Source: the human T2T-CHM13v2.0 reference genome, Homo sapiens. Taken from it: 64,000 nt of DNA. Of the stretch, positions 1 through 12,584 are shown piece after piece. Under the pieces are notes generated by a model, which worked only from the letters and a program-made list of their open reading frames with translations, made no database searches and had not been told where the DNA came from. The stretch lies in the NCBI RefSeq assembly GCF_009914755.1, contig NC_060948.1, one strand, 5' to 3'. Numbering within the stretch: the first letter of the stretch is position 1; every line of letters starts with the position of its first letter. The translations under genes were made by a program, and so were the position numbers.

Positions 1-2522
1 GCTGCGGCAGGGTTTCTGTGGCGTGGGTCGGGCAGCACAGGCCTTGGTGTGTGCGAGTGCCAAGGAGGGCACCGCCTTCAGGATGGAGGCTGTACAGGAG
101 GGGGCGGCCGGGGTGGAGAGTGAGCAGGCGGCTTTGGGGGAGGAGGCGGTGCTGCTGTTGGATGACATAATGGCGGAGGTGGAGGTGGTGGCGGAGGAGG
201 AGGGCCTCGTGGAGCGGCGGGAGGAGGCCCAGCGGGCACAGCAGGCTGTGCCTGGCCCTGGGCCCATGACCCCAGAGTCTGCACTGGAGGAGCTGCTGGC
301 CGTTCAGGTGGAGCTGGAGCCGGTTAATGCCCAAGCCAGGAAGGCCTTTTCTCGGCAGCGGGAAAAGATGGAGCGGAGGCGCAAGCCCCACCTAGACCGC
401 AGAGGCGCCGTCATCCAGAGCGTCCCTGGCTTCTGGGCCAATGTTGTATCCTTCTCAGTGTTTCTTCGTCCTTTCTAGTGGAGAGGTGCTCTCGGGGAAG
501 TGTAAGTGACCGATGGGCAGCTCGGCGTCGATGTGACTCTTTGGGGAACAAAGGGGAGTTGCCACGGACCAATGTGGCTGTGGAAAGCCGGAGCAGGCGT
601 GGGTACTATTGTCCTGCATGCGGCAGAGAAACCCTTGGTGATGCCGAGCAGCAGACGTTTGGGGCATCTTTTTGAAGAGCAGAAGCGAGTTCAGAGCGGA
701 AGAGGTTTTTCAGTGAATGAAGCTATTTTTAAGGGAGTGTGATTGCTGCCCCTTGCTAGTCCGATCTGGGACTGGGCGTCTTCGGCTATAAGCAGATTCT
801 GCCACTCCTCAGACACCAGCAAGTCTCTGCAAATCGCGCCTCCCCATGTCAGTGCAGTCAGCCTCAGAATCATACACCCTCTGTGAACACAGGAGGCCTT
901 AGTTTACGGGGAGGGGGAGGCGAAAGGAGATCATACATGGAAGCAGATCTGAGAAATCCCCTACCCCAGCCTCTGGGTGCTCTTAGGCCTTCTTCCCTGT
1001 TGCTCCTCGCTTTCCCTTCCATCGTGTGTAAAGTCTCTTTGACCTAAATCAGATTGCAAACCACCCCCAGATGTCAGCCCTGATCACTGACGAAGATGAA
1101 GACATGCTGAGCTACATGGTCAGCCTGGAGGTGAGGCCAGGAAGACTGGGGCTAGAGGGTTTAGCGGGGGAGGGTAAGGGAAATAATTCATTCCTGTAAG
1201 CAAGAGTGAGCACCTCACCCGAAAACCTATCTAAGCTTTCTCCACCTTGTCCTGACAGGTGGAAGAAGAGAAGCATCCTGTTCATCTCTGCAAGATCATG
1301 TTGTTCTTTCGGAGTAACCCCTACTTCCAGAATAAAGTGATTACCAAGGAATATCTGGTGAACATCACAGGTGACAGGTGGCTCCCAGGATGGGTAGTGG
1401 AAGGAAGATGGTGGGTGGATCATTGCCAACGGGATCCAGCCCCCTTCCCACAAAAACTCCTGTCTCTGTAGAATACAGGGCTTCTCATTCCACTCCAATT
1501 GAGTGATATCCGGATTATGAAGTGGAGGCCTATCGCCGCAGACACCACAACAGCAGCCTTAACTTCTTCAACTGGTTCTCTGACCACAACTTCGCAGGAT
1601 CTAACAAGATTGCTGAGGTGAGTCCTCACTGGGAAACATGAGGAATGACCCCGTGTGTTCCCAGCTGCTTGGGTCACCTTTCTGAGCCCTGATGAGGCCT
1701 TTCCCGATTGAGTCCCCTGACAGATCCTATGTAAGGACCTGTGGCGCAATCCCCTGCAATACTACAAGAGGATGAAGCCACCTGAAGAGGGAACAGAGAC
1801 GTCAGGTGAGCCGTTAGTTGGCACTGGAGCTGTTTGATGCCCAGTATAAGGGGGTTGACACACCTGCCTATTCAGGGAGCCTGGGTGCTCATTTCAGAAA
1901 TGTAGAAATTGAGGCTCCTTTCGTACATGTAGAAATTCCTTGAGAGGAAGACAGAGAGTGACAGAATCCAGGACGTTCATGGCATTGGGCTGAAAAGGCA
2001 CGTTAGAGACTGCACTGCAAAGCGGGTGATAGCTGTGGAGTCTTAAGCCCAGTGAAGAATCGTCCATTTCCAGAATCAATGAGAAGTAAAGCTGAAAATC
2101 ATTCAGTTCAGTCTGTGGCACTTGATTCCACGGCTGTCAACCCCACCGGCAGTCATCCCGCCAACCCCATGAGATTGGGCTCCCTGAATGTGCGTCCTGG
2201 TCATCCTTGCCCCAAACCACAAAGGACTGTTTAGATTGATGGATTTCCTTAAGCTGTTGCCCCATCAGACTTGTGTGTGCTTTTAGGGCCCAGTGCATCT
2301 TGTTAGCTGACTCCCCTCACAGACAATACTGGGAATGGGGCAGGGATTGCGCAGAACAGTTTGTAACACGTGGTAGGAGGAAGTTTAAGGGATCACAAAT
2401 GGGGAAGGGATATCCTTTTCTCAGCGGGCCCCACAATTGAAACATTTCAAAGTATGGCTCAGAGAAAATGCGTTTTAACATGAGTTTGTGTTTCTCTAGG
2501 GGACTCCCAGTTGTTGAGTTGA
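1..2522 (+). pseudogene. TSPY9: TSPY copy 1, 5' end outside the window, premature stop W237* in exon 4
   Basis: Exons <1-445, 1053-1130, 1259-1370, 1472-1617, 1724-1805 and 2500-2522, all with GT-AG introns. TGA at 1504-1506 where copies 2 and 3 have TGG. The ATG would lie ~41 nt before base 1. Family is certain; the paralog name (TSPY9/TSPY9P) is from recalled GRCh38 order. Confidence 0.9.
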
Positions 2523-2692
2523 ATATGATGGAGCATCAGATTTTACCTAATACAGCAGAACTCCTAAGAAGTTACAGCCATATGCAGGACGGCAGTACTC
2601 AGCATGGTCTTATGCACAGGAACTAAAGGAAAAAGAGATCGAGTCACAAAAATTCAGGAAGAGGGGGTAAATGTGGATTGTATGGAATGAAA

Positions 2693-2698
2693 AATAAA
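2693..2698 (+). terminator. TSPY polyadenylation signal, copy 1
   Basis: AATAAA ~170 nt after the exon-6 stop, followed by a GT-rich tract. Confidence 0.75.
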
Positions 2699-2719
2699 CA
2701 TTCTCAAGGATGTGTGACT

Positions 2720-2774
2720 CTGTGTCTGTGTGTGTGTGTGTCTTTGTGTTTGTGTGTGTGTGTGTGTGTGTCTT

Positions 2775-2802
<28 letters not shown>
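2720..2802. repeat. Compound (TG)n microsatellite; counterparts ~23048-23116, ~43375-43440 and a degenerate one ~63580-63625
   Basis: Directly visible; structure and length differ in each unit. Confidence 0.9.
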
Positions 2803-2805
<3 letters not shown>

Positions 2806-5463
2806 TTATCCACTTTATTCGGGTGTCATAATGAATTGATCAATCCACGTGCTTTATTCTCTGCATGGAAATAACCAGTCTGCGTTGGAGCTGGGCCTCT
2901 AAAGTTGTAGAGTGAATGGGTGTGGGATGTGTTGGGATTCTTCCTACAGGACAGAGTGGGAGAGGTAAAAGCAAAAGACAGCTTAGTTGGAGGCTGACTT
3001 CGTCCTATGGAAGCAGAGATAGTTCAAGGAAAGGGGTTACTGGGTTTCCAGGGCCCAGTTTGCTGGGACCTCCAAAATCCTTCATTTTGGGTATCATCAT
3101 ACACAGTAGCTAAGCACAGGATGATGGAAATCTTAAAGTTCGCTTTCGTGTTGAATCCACATGTTCTTTTAAAGGTGAATGCATGATCCTTTTCTGGGAC
3201 AATCAGCCTCTCAGGACTTCTGAAACATCAACGTGAGAAGAAATGGGCATGTAAGGTGTATGGAGGGACTGTGGGAAAGGTGACAGAGGCATGTGGGAAG
3301 GCATTCAGGATACGCTTTTGGCAGAGATGACTAAGGGAAAACAGAAACTTACAGAAGTGAGGGGAAAGGGGGTGGATTAGTGGAATATAAGATTGTTGGA
3401 GAATCCATCCATGGACTCTCTTGTCACTTGATGACCCAGGATATGGACACTCTTGTTGATGTTTACATCTTTAGTTGTTTTAAGCTTTTCTCCAAGATTC
3501 TGTGTTAGGTGAGGAGCCAATAACGTATGTAGCTAACAACAGTACGAGTGCATTTTGTGCTCTTGCAAAGTCTAGTGAGGCTCTATTCTCCCTCGTGATT
3601 GGCACTGCAGATTGTATCTGGACCCAGGGCCCCTAAATTTTCTGTGGCCTCTTCAGCATAGTTTGCCTAAGGTTTAGAACGTAAAGCGAATATAGTTGCG
3701 GAATATGTTTTGCAAGCCTCACACAGGAGGACAAAACATACAGCTTTCATTTGTGAGTGGGAGGCTGCTTCCCAGGAATACGTGTGTCTGCACAAGACAA
3801 GGAGTTGCCTCTGTCAAGGATGGGGCAGGAGGATTTCAGTGTTGGAGGCAGAACTTTCTTTCCTGTTCCCAGATGAAACAGTTCCAACACGAGCATCCAT
3901 GTTGACCACACGCTACTAGAGTGCTAACATTGCTGTCCCGTATAGACTCCGGTCAGCACAGCTTCTGTGAGAAGAGCTATGTTGTTTCAGGGAAGAGGGT
4001 TTGACAGTCAAAGTTCCTGAATCTGTTGTGGTGCCTGCAATATGCATTCTACCCCTCCTGCTCGGTGTCAAAGCAGTTGAACTTTGAAAATCTATCGCCC
4101 GGTTTTGTCCCTGCTCCTATGCAGACCTCTGAAGCTCTGGAGCGGGAGTCTTGTCCTCCTCTGACTACCGTCCCCCTGACCCACAAACACAGGAGAAACA
4201 GGTGTTCTAAGCAAATTATTCTGAAAACAGTCGGAACACTTTGGCCCCCTCAAGCTGCCCACTATCCTACTGTGTGCATGTCAAAGACACTGTGGTCCAG
4301 TACGGTATCCCTATAGCGGCAATGGGGCAACAGATTGGTGTGTGCACTCTGGGCAACTCAGATTAGGAAACGTCTGGGGACTTGCGTATAACGAAGTCGT
4401 CTTAAAACATGTTGCCCCAAATTTAAGGCATAGGAAAATGTTGAGGAAAGGGTCTTGCAATGATTTTTCTAGGAGGTAAATAGATAAGAAAATGACCGTA
4501 AATAGATGCCAGGGCTAGTTTTGGAGCTAGCCTGTTTTAAAGTGGTGGTAGGGGAGGAGGTTTTTCCAAGGCAGGTAGCAAACCAGGAACTGTCTACGAT
4601 GGATGGGCGTGCCATGGGTTGGTGGCTCAGCCATATTGCCACCCCACGGAGTCGATGCAGCAGACTGGGCTTCTTCCTTGAATCCTACGTGCAATTCAGT
4701 CTAGTGATTTCACATGAGATCCCTTCTTCTGGTATTATCACAGATCGTGCTGAATTATACAGGCTGTGTATTGCTTCTTCCACTGAATATCCGTGCACGT
4801 GGGCCACAGATGCTAAGGGCACTGACAAATTTGCACCGTGCCTCAGTAACTCGGAAGCACATCTGTGATTTGTACCGACAGGGACTTGGTGTCTTTTCGT
4901 GTTTAAAGTAGCACGTGTGTGTTTGTGGTTGCGTATGTTTATTTCTCTGTGCGGGTTTGTATATTTTCTCTGACTCCACCTATGTCTCCGTGGTTCCGAT
5001 ATTTTTCCACACTCCCTGCGGCAATTTGCACATGCCTATCTCTACAACCATTGTAGATTTTGTATCTGTGTCTTTGAACATCTGTCACTCTCTCTCCCTT
5101 CCTTTTTTCTTTTCCTTCCTTTACACCCCTCCTTTCATCCTTCCCTTGCTTCCCCACCACACTCTCTCCATCTGTATCGTCTATGTTTCTATTCTCTATC
5201 TGGGTTTACTTTCTAATTCTGAATTCAAGGGCATTGAATTGAAAAGAAGCACTCTTCGTACTTTTATGTGTTTTAACTCATTTGGGGAATTTGGCGTGGT
5301 ATTATTTACAGGGTTCTCTCTGCCCTTTCTCATTGTTCTCCCCAGCCGGGGCTGTTATTATGTGAAAGCTGGTTTCCTTCATCACATCGCGTAGGCTCTA
5401 ATGATGTTTCGTTTATTTTGATTCTCCTCACACTACATAGTTTTAATTTACCTAATGTGACTG

Positions 5464-5769
5464 TTTTTTTGTTTGTTTTCCGAGAATGGGTCTTACTCTG
5501 TCTTCTAGGTTGGACAGCAGCCCCACGATCTCAGCCCACTGCAGCCCAGGCACCACACACCCATGTGATCCTGTCAACTCAGACTCTCACACACCTGGCA
5601 GTACAGGTGCATGCCACCCCTCCAAGCTATGTATTAATTAACTAAATACTTACTTTTTGAATGTGGGTCCATGTTGCCCCAGGCTCATCTGGAACTCCTG
5701 AGTGCAGGCAATCCTCCCACCTCAGCTTATCAAAGTGCTGGGATGACAGGTGTGACCCATGGCCCTGCC
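5464..5769 (-). mobile_element. Old diverged Alu (AluJ-like), unit 1
   Basis: T-rich tail, then GGGTCTTACTCTGTC...GAACTCCTGAG...ATCCTCCCACCTCAGC...CAAAGTGCTGGGATGACAGGTGTGA, the antisense Alu pattern. Confidence 0.8.
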
Positions 5770-5909
5770 ATGGCTTTGTGTTTTTTGCTTTTTTCTTCCT
5801 CCTCCTCACGTCTTGTTTTGAAACATGCACTGAAGGTTTCAATTCATGGACTATAGCCTCTGTGCCTGGAATTTCTATCTTTCAACTCATCATCAGCATT
5901 CATTGGGAT

Positions 5910-5913
<4 letters not shown>

Positions 5914-5961
<48 letters not shown>

Positions 5962-6080
5962 ATATAAGAATACCTATGTACACACATATATACGTATATA
6001 CATGTATATACGTATATATGCACATTTATATACGTATATACATGTATATACGTATATATATACATGTACACATATGTATT
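5914..6080. repeat. (TA)n microsatellite plus TATAC(G/A) low-complexity tract; counterparts start at 26229 and 46553
   Basis: A(TA)22 at 5914-5958, A(TA)19 at 26229-26267, and A(TA)14(CA)2 from 46553. Confidence 0.9.
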
Positions 6081-6179
6081 TATTTCTCAAGTTACGAAAC
6101 GGCTTGCATTCTTTCCTGTGTCATGAAAAAGACTTTGCTAGAAAAGAAAAGCACTGCTTTATAATAAAATATTTTATTT

Positions 6180-7975
6180 GCATTTATTTTGTTAAGGCAT
6201 TTTAAAAATTGTATGTTTGTTTAAAAAATGTCATATGAAATGATACATATTTACAACTTAAGGCGTGATGTTCAACAGGTCATATACATTATGCATTGGA
6301 TACATCCAGCCAATCAACATATGTGTGACCTCACATAGTTGTCATTTTTGTTGTGAAAAAACTTGACCTGCACTGTATTCGAATATTTTTAGAGAAAGAA
6401 TATGTTACCACTAGTTATAGTGAGCATGCTGAAGAAAATATTTTTAACCTATTCCTCCTTTATAACTAGAAGTATGAGTTCTTCATCCAGCATCTCGTCA
6501 GTGCACCCTCTTCACCGCAGTCATTGGAGTCACTACTTCTGTGAAGTCCGCTTTTTTGATTTCATATAAGAATGAGATCATGTGCTACTTTCCTTTCTGA
6601 TACCTGGCTTATGTCACTTAACAGAATGGCATGCACACATTCAGCAGATTCCCACACATTCTCACAACTGGCAGGATTTCCTGATTTCTTATTGCAGCGC
6701 ATATTTACGTTGCGCATATGCGTTTTTGCCCCATTTTTTAATCCACTTATCAATGGAGGGACTCTCAGGTTGCTTCCGCATTTTGGCTACAGCAAAAATG
6801 TAATGAGTGCAGCAATAATTGCATGGGTGCGCGCACCGCTTCAACATACTGATCTGTGTACTGGCGGGCGTGCCCGGGTATTCTGATTTGCTGGATCATA
6901 TAGTGGGTGGTTCTACTTGTAGATTTCTGAAGGCTGTTTATACTTAAATAAGAGCCATAAAGCTTCTTTAATGCCAGCACTAATTTACATTCTCCCCAAA
7001 AGTGAGCAGGGAATTCGTTTTCTCTGCCTCCTCACCAGAGATTAGGGTTTTCTTTTCTTTCTTTTTTTTTTTTTTGTTTGTTTGTCTTTCGGATAATATG
7101 CATTCTGACTGAAGTGAGAAGAAATCTCATTGTGTTTTTGATTTGCATTTTCGTGATGGATTGGGGATAATGAGGAATTTTTAGTGTGTCTTCTGGGCAA
7201 CTGTATGTCTCAGTTTCACAAATGAGTCTTCGCAGCCTTCGCCCATTTGTTTTCATGCTATTGAGTTGTTGGGAGTTCCTTATGTACTGTGACTATTCCC
7301 CCATGAACAGATGTATGGTGATCCAATCATTGCTCCCATCCTGTAGGATGCCCCTTCTGTATGTTGAGTTTTCTATGGTGTGGTGAAGCACTTTAGTTTG
7401 ATATGATTCCATTCTCTATTTTTGATGGTGTTTACTGTGTTCTTGCAGTCACTTTGAGACCATCATTGCACACACGGACGCCATGGAGCTTCTTCCTTGT
7501 GATCTCTTCTGCTATTTTTATCGTTTCACATCTGACACTGGAGTTTGGTGATAAATAATCCACTTGTAAAATCCTTTGTGTGGCTATTCAGATTTCCCCA
7601 ACCTAGTTTATAGAAGATACTTGATTTTGCATTGGGCGTTCTTGCTTCTTTGGGAAAAGGCTGTGAGCTGCAAATGCAGTGACTTAGTTCTGGGCTCCTG
7701 TTGTTTTTCCTAAGCTCTAGTCTCTGCTTTTCTGCCAGTGCTATTGTATTTTGGTACAAAAAGTTTTGTAGTAGTATATCATGAAGTTAGGTAGTGGGGT
7801 GGCTCCAGCTTTGTGCTTTTTACTGGATTGCTCTGGGTTTTCAGGATCTTCTGCCATTTCATAGCAAATTTGGGATTCCCAGATTGTTTTTCTAAGAAGA
7901 ATGTGTCATTGATATTTTTACAGGGGTTGTATAGAATCTGAGGATGACTCAGGTAGTAGTGATGTCAATGCCGTT
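6180..7975 (-). mobile_element. Old L1 (L1M/L1MA-type) 3' fragment: ORF2 C-terminus and 3'UTR, unit 1
   Basis: Minus-strand peptides ITKMQIKNTMRFLLTSVRMHIIRK and KSSIFYKLGWGNL resemble L1 ORF2 IREMQIKTTMRYHLTPVRMAIIKK and KDSLFNKWCWENW. Boundaries are approximate. Confidence 0.8.
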
Positions 7976-8662
7976 TAGACAATGTGCGTGTTTGTGTGCA
8001 CAAGCTCAGGGCCAAGAGACACTGGGTGTCCTCACCAATACTGAGGTGGGCCTTAATATCCAGCCAGATTGCCTTCTGGAAACACACGGAATGTCCTGTT
8101 CTGTTTTGCCATCTCTTCACATTTCCTCCCCTGTGAGCCCTGTGTGGTCCTCCAGATTCCCTGTGCGGTGGCCTGCCTTTTTTGGGGTGGGGAGTTGCTG
8201 GGTGAATGAGGATGGCGGAGGGAACCAAGCATGTCAGTGGAGCGTGGTGTCATCCAAACGGTACTTAGCAGGCCTGGGAGAGTCATTCTGGGAGGACGCA
8301 GACCTAGAGAGGCCTCAGGTGGGCATCTGTGTGGAGGGTGAGAGATCCCTGGTTGAGCCCAAACTGAACCCCAGGTAGAAGCAAGCCTCAGGACAGGGAA
8401 GTAGCTAGCAAGGGATGATGAGGCAGCTATCTCTTGACCCTGGCTTCCCACCCATTGACCTTAGCTACTTATGCCTATTAAGCAGATTACGGTTCCCCCA
8501 TCGTGAAATGTGGGTACCACAGTTCCCTGATGGGCATTTCTCCACCAGCCCATGATGGCCTGAGTTTCCTTACTGCAGTCTCCTCCCTGAGCCTTGGCTT
8601 CTCTATGTGTGTCCTAACTCCAGGACCCACAGGCCTGTCAACCCCCAGCCCTGGGCTGCTTC

Positions 8663-9400
8663 CCTGGCCTCTTCTCTGTTCCCTCTCTGAGGGCCTAACT
8701 CCCTTGGGTAGTGCTGCAGAATATAGAGCCACAGGCCCTGGCTGATGATCTGGTGGACTGGGCAAATTGGTCGTGACAGGTCAGGTTCTGGTTCAAAGCC
8801 AATTCCTCCGATGCCAAGGAATGTCGAAGAAGGTCCTTTGCCATGATGCCCCATAGCTGCCCCACCTCAGCAATCGTGCCGTAACCTGGGCCCTCACAGT
8901 CAGACAACCAGCTGAAGAAGCTCAGGCAGTGACCTGCGGGAAACTCGGGCTTTCACCTGCATGACCCTAGAACCACTGGACTGCAGTGGAGCCAGTCGCC
9001 CTGTATCCTGGAGGGAGACGAGTCAGGAAGGCGCACGCCAGGCCCAGCTCCCGAGGTACTACCCCCTCTACTCCTCAGGGAGGATGCCAACGCAATACTC
9101 CTTAGTCATCACTTTGTTTCCGAAGTAAATGTTGTGATGAAAGGCAAACTTCTTCCTACCCCTTGTATTCAGGGTGGCCGAGTTCCTCCACCTGCCTGTC
9201 CAAGAAGGAGAAACAGGGCTGTGAAGGGGCAATTTCATCTAGGTGGGCTGAGGTGGCATTCTAGCCGGGGTGAAGCATGCGTTTCCCCTTCCCAGCTTTC
9301 CCGCTGAGACACACCTGAGCCCCAGAAGGACCTCAACCTGACCAGGACCTTAGCACCCTCCCCCAGACCCAGGCTTTCCATCCTGACCTGCAAATCCAAC
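8663..9400 (-). pseudogene. Second inverted TSPY-like relic (end of exon 2 to exon 5), unit 1
   Basis: Minus strand: MLDLQ|gt ending 9388; exon 3 from 9191 (VEELGHP...FHHNIYFGNKVMTKEYCVGIL); exon 4 9007-8866 (YRATGSTAVQWF*...TIAE|gt); exon 5 from 8749 (IISQGLWLYILQHY). Contains stops and frameshifts. Confidence 0.8.
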
Positions 9401-11481
9401 ATGCAGCTTTGAAGGACTTTCTCATGGTTTCTGAGCTCCTTGCTCTCACCAGAAAGAATCAGAACTTTTAAAGTGTTCTTTATGCCAACTTAAATTTTTC
9501 ATTTTTACTACCTCATGTTTTGGATGAGGCATGTATTTTTAAATTTATTTTCACCCTTATTGTACCTCTATGATAAACTGCTTGCTTACATTCATACCGT
9601 AATTATCTCTCAGGTTACTTGTCTGTTCCTAAAGATTCACTGAAACGAAGAATTCTATATATGCTTGTATCTTTCAGCAACCGTATGTCAGATAGCACTG
9701 CACATTACTGCAGACATCGCATATACAGGTCCAAAGGTAGAGGAAGAAGAAGAAAGCAAGCGTTAAACTCTATTCATTCCTAAAAGCATATCAGAAACTC
9801 ACAAATAACAGTGAAATCAAAGAATGATCACAGCCAATTCCATTACATACCTAGACTGAAATACGAAACTTCAAAGAAAAGAAACATTAGAACTTTGGGT
9901 TTGTAAAAATTTTCCTATATAGATAAAATTATTGGTAACTGTGTCTCACTAGAAAACGTAAACAAAAATCCATGTTTTTCATATTTGTAAATATACATAG
10001 TTTTATTTCCATCAGTTATGACATGCAAGCAAGTAATAAAGTGAAAGTACAATCAAATGATATATGGAACTTCCTCAGTCTTAAAATATTCCATGGAGAC
10101 TATCAATTTTATGAAAACTATAAAGAATGCTTCATGAAACTACATTGTACAGTGCCATTTACTATTTTACTGACATTTTAAATAATCAACAATTAAAGGG
10201 AATACGTCAACATTATTTAATACCAATAACGTTATTTTTCTTGAGTAATCCTGTTGAAATTAAGGATTTTAAATAAAACATTAAAAACAAATTATATTGA
10301 CTGATTTCAGCTTTGGATGAAATCATACTTGTGTATTTGTAGTAATGCGAAGCATAACTTTCTCCTCACAATTAATCTTTTATAACATCGGTGTTATAGT
10401 TTTCTCTGACACCAACATTGTGATATCGCACAGGTTTACTGCATGCATGCATTACATGCCTCCAGAGAGTAGGCTTCAAATATATGGAAAAATTATATTT
10501 ATGAAAAAATTCTAGGAAAGGGAATGGTGAAATGGAAGAGAATTTCTCACTTGCTAACTGTTGGACATGGATTTGTATATATTTGGATATAGACACATAC
10601 TGGCACACTGTGAGTTTGCCCATGTATATATACACTTATATGAGAAACCCATAATATATGGGTTGTGTAATCTTTTAATTAATCCATAATTGTATGTGTG
10701 TGAAATTAGATAAGCGGTTACCTTTTCTTTACTCAATTTGATGGAAAGCCAAAAAACTCTGTCCACCTTCATTTCAATTAATCCAATACTGTTAACTGCT
10801 GGTAGCTTCATTCTCCTTGTTCTCTTACGGCAACCGGAAAGTTAATTCTCGCTCTAATTTGGCTTTCAAGGTGCGATCAACAAGAGTGTCACCTTGCTGT
10901 GGATTGTGACCTCTGACTCCACCTCTGTCTTCCTTTTGCAGTCCTACCTTTGCATAGGTAACAAACTTTGTACATGGTTAAAAGGATAAAAGTTCAGTGA
11001 AATGTCAAGCCATGCTGTGAAATGTTCCATAGTTTCTATATCTCTAATTGTCCTTTGATGTTATAGAGGCAAGAAAAATAATTCAATGTTTTTCTTAGTA
11101 TCTAGTCCAATGCACTCTTTCTTCATAATACTGCAAACAAGGCACTGACATGGAAACGTGGCTGGACGTCTCAAAATCTCTTCTCATTAATTACCATTAT
11201 GTTAATCACTGTTGCCCACAACTGGAATTGGACTTTGAAATCCCCTGGTGGAAATTGCTATAATGGCTCAAACTACTGGAAAGACTATCTTTTTTTACCT
11301 GAAAATATCTGATGAGCATAGACGTATGCTATATACAGGAAGATATTGTACATTAACAACATACCATCACTGCCACTCAATAATAGGTATCCCAAACCTT
11401 TGAGCCAAACTGAGCTCAGGTGCTCCCACAAACCAAGCTTTTCCCTCCACAGATTTCTTATGTCAAAAAGCCACAACTCAA

Positions 11482-12130
11482 GGCCAGGCTTCGTGGCTCT
11501 TGTTGTAATTTCTACATTTTGGGAGGCCGAGGTTGGTGGGTCACTTGAGGTCAGGAGTTGGAGACCAGCATGGGCAACATGGCAAAAAGCTGTCTCTACC
11601 AAAAATACAAAAATTAGCCAGACCTAGTGGCACTTTCCTGTGGTCCCAGCTACTTGGGAGGCTGAGGTAGGAGAACCACCTGAACATGGGTGGCAGAGAT
11701 TGTATAGTAAGCCAAGATCAGACTACTGCACTCCAGCCTGGATGACACAGCGAGACCATGAAAAAAAAAATAAAGGCAACTCCACTCGTCCACTGGCTTA
11801 GGTAAAAAATACTGGAGTTGGCTGGGCTCGGTGGCTCACACCTGTATTCCCAGCACTTTGGATTTTGGGAAGCTGAGTCGGGCGGGTCACCTGAGATCTG
11901 TAGTAGGAGAGCAGCCTGGCCAACATGGTGAAGCCTGGCTTCTACTAAAAATACAAAACATTAGCTGAGCGTGGTGATGCATGCTTGTAATCCCAGCTAC
12001 TGCAGAGGCTGAACCTGGGAGGCGGAGGATGTGTTGAGCTGAGATCCTGCCACTGCGCTCCAGCCTGGTCTACAGAGCGAGAGTACCCTGTGAGAAACAA
12101 AGGTGAAGAGAACAAGAAAAAAAAATGAGA
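11482..12130 (+). mobile_element. Two tandem diverged Alus (11482-~11773 and 11820-~12130), unit 1
   Basis: GGCCAGGC...TTTGGGAGGCCGAGG...GAGGTCAGGAGTT...TACCAAAAATACAAAA...CACTCCAGCCTGG...A-tail; the second starts GGCTGGGCTCGGTGGCTCACACCTGTATTCCCAGCACTTTG. Confidence 0.88.
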
Positions 12131-12231
12131 AAAATAAGACCCACTGCAAAAGGTTGCCACAGAAAAGATTAAACATTTCAGCGACTTCTATCTTCTATCA
12201 TGGAAGCCAAGGTTATTTGGACCAAACCTCC

Positions 12232-12584
12232 TGTCTTAGTTCATTTTCACGCTGCTGAAGAAGACATACCTGAAACTGGGAATAAAAGGAGGTTTAATTG
12301 GACTGACAGTTCCACATGGCTGTGGAGGCCTCAGAATCATGGTATACGAATAAAGGCACTTCTTACATGGCAATGCCAAGAGAGAATGAGGAAGAACCTG
12401 AGGCAGAAACCCCTGAAAAACCCATCAGATCCCGTGAGACTTCTTCACTGTCACAAGAATAGCATGAGAAAGACCGACCCCCATGATTCAATTACCTCCC
12501 CCTGGGTCCCACCCGCAACACGAGGGAATTCTGGGAGATACAATTGAAGCTGAGATTTGAATGGAGACACACCAAACCATGTCA
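12232..12584 (-). mobile_element. THE1-type (THE1C-like, ERVL-MaLR) solo LTR, unit 1
   Basis: TGTCTTAGTTCATTTTCACGCTGCTG...CAGTTCCACATGGCTG...CCCCATGATTCAATTACCTCCC...CCAAACCATGTCA matches the reverse of the THE1 LTR as I recall it. TG...CA termini and a 5-bp target-site duplication CCTCC/CTTCC. Confidence 0.88.

Noticed and set aside
4915-5394. 159-aa hydrophobic ORF resembling a membrane protein
   Set aside because: It has a GTG start and derives from a T/C-rich low-complexity tract, with no splice or homology support.
5661-6205. ORFs rich in YI/HT/VC repeats (also ~2610-2813, 15633-16036 and unit counterparts)
   Set aside because: They are translations of (TA)n, (TG)n and (CA)n microsatellites.
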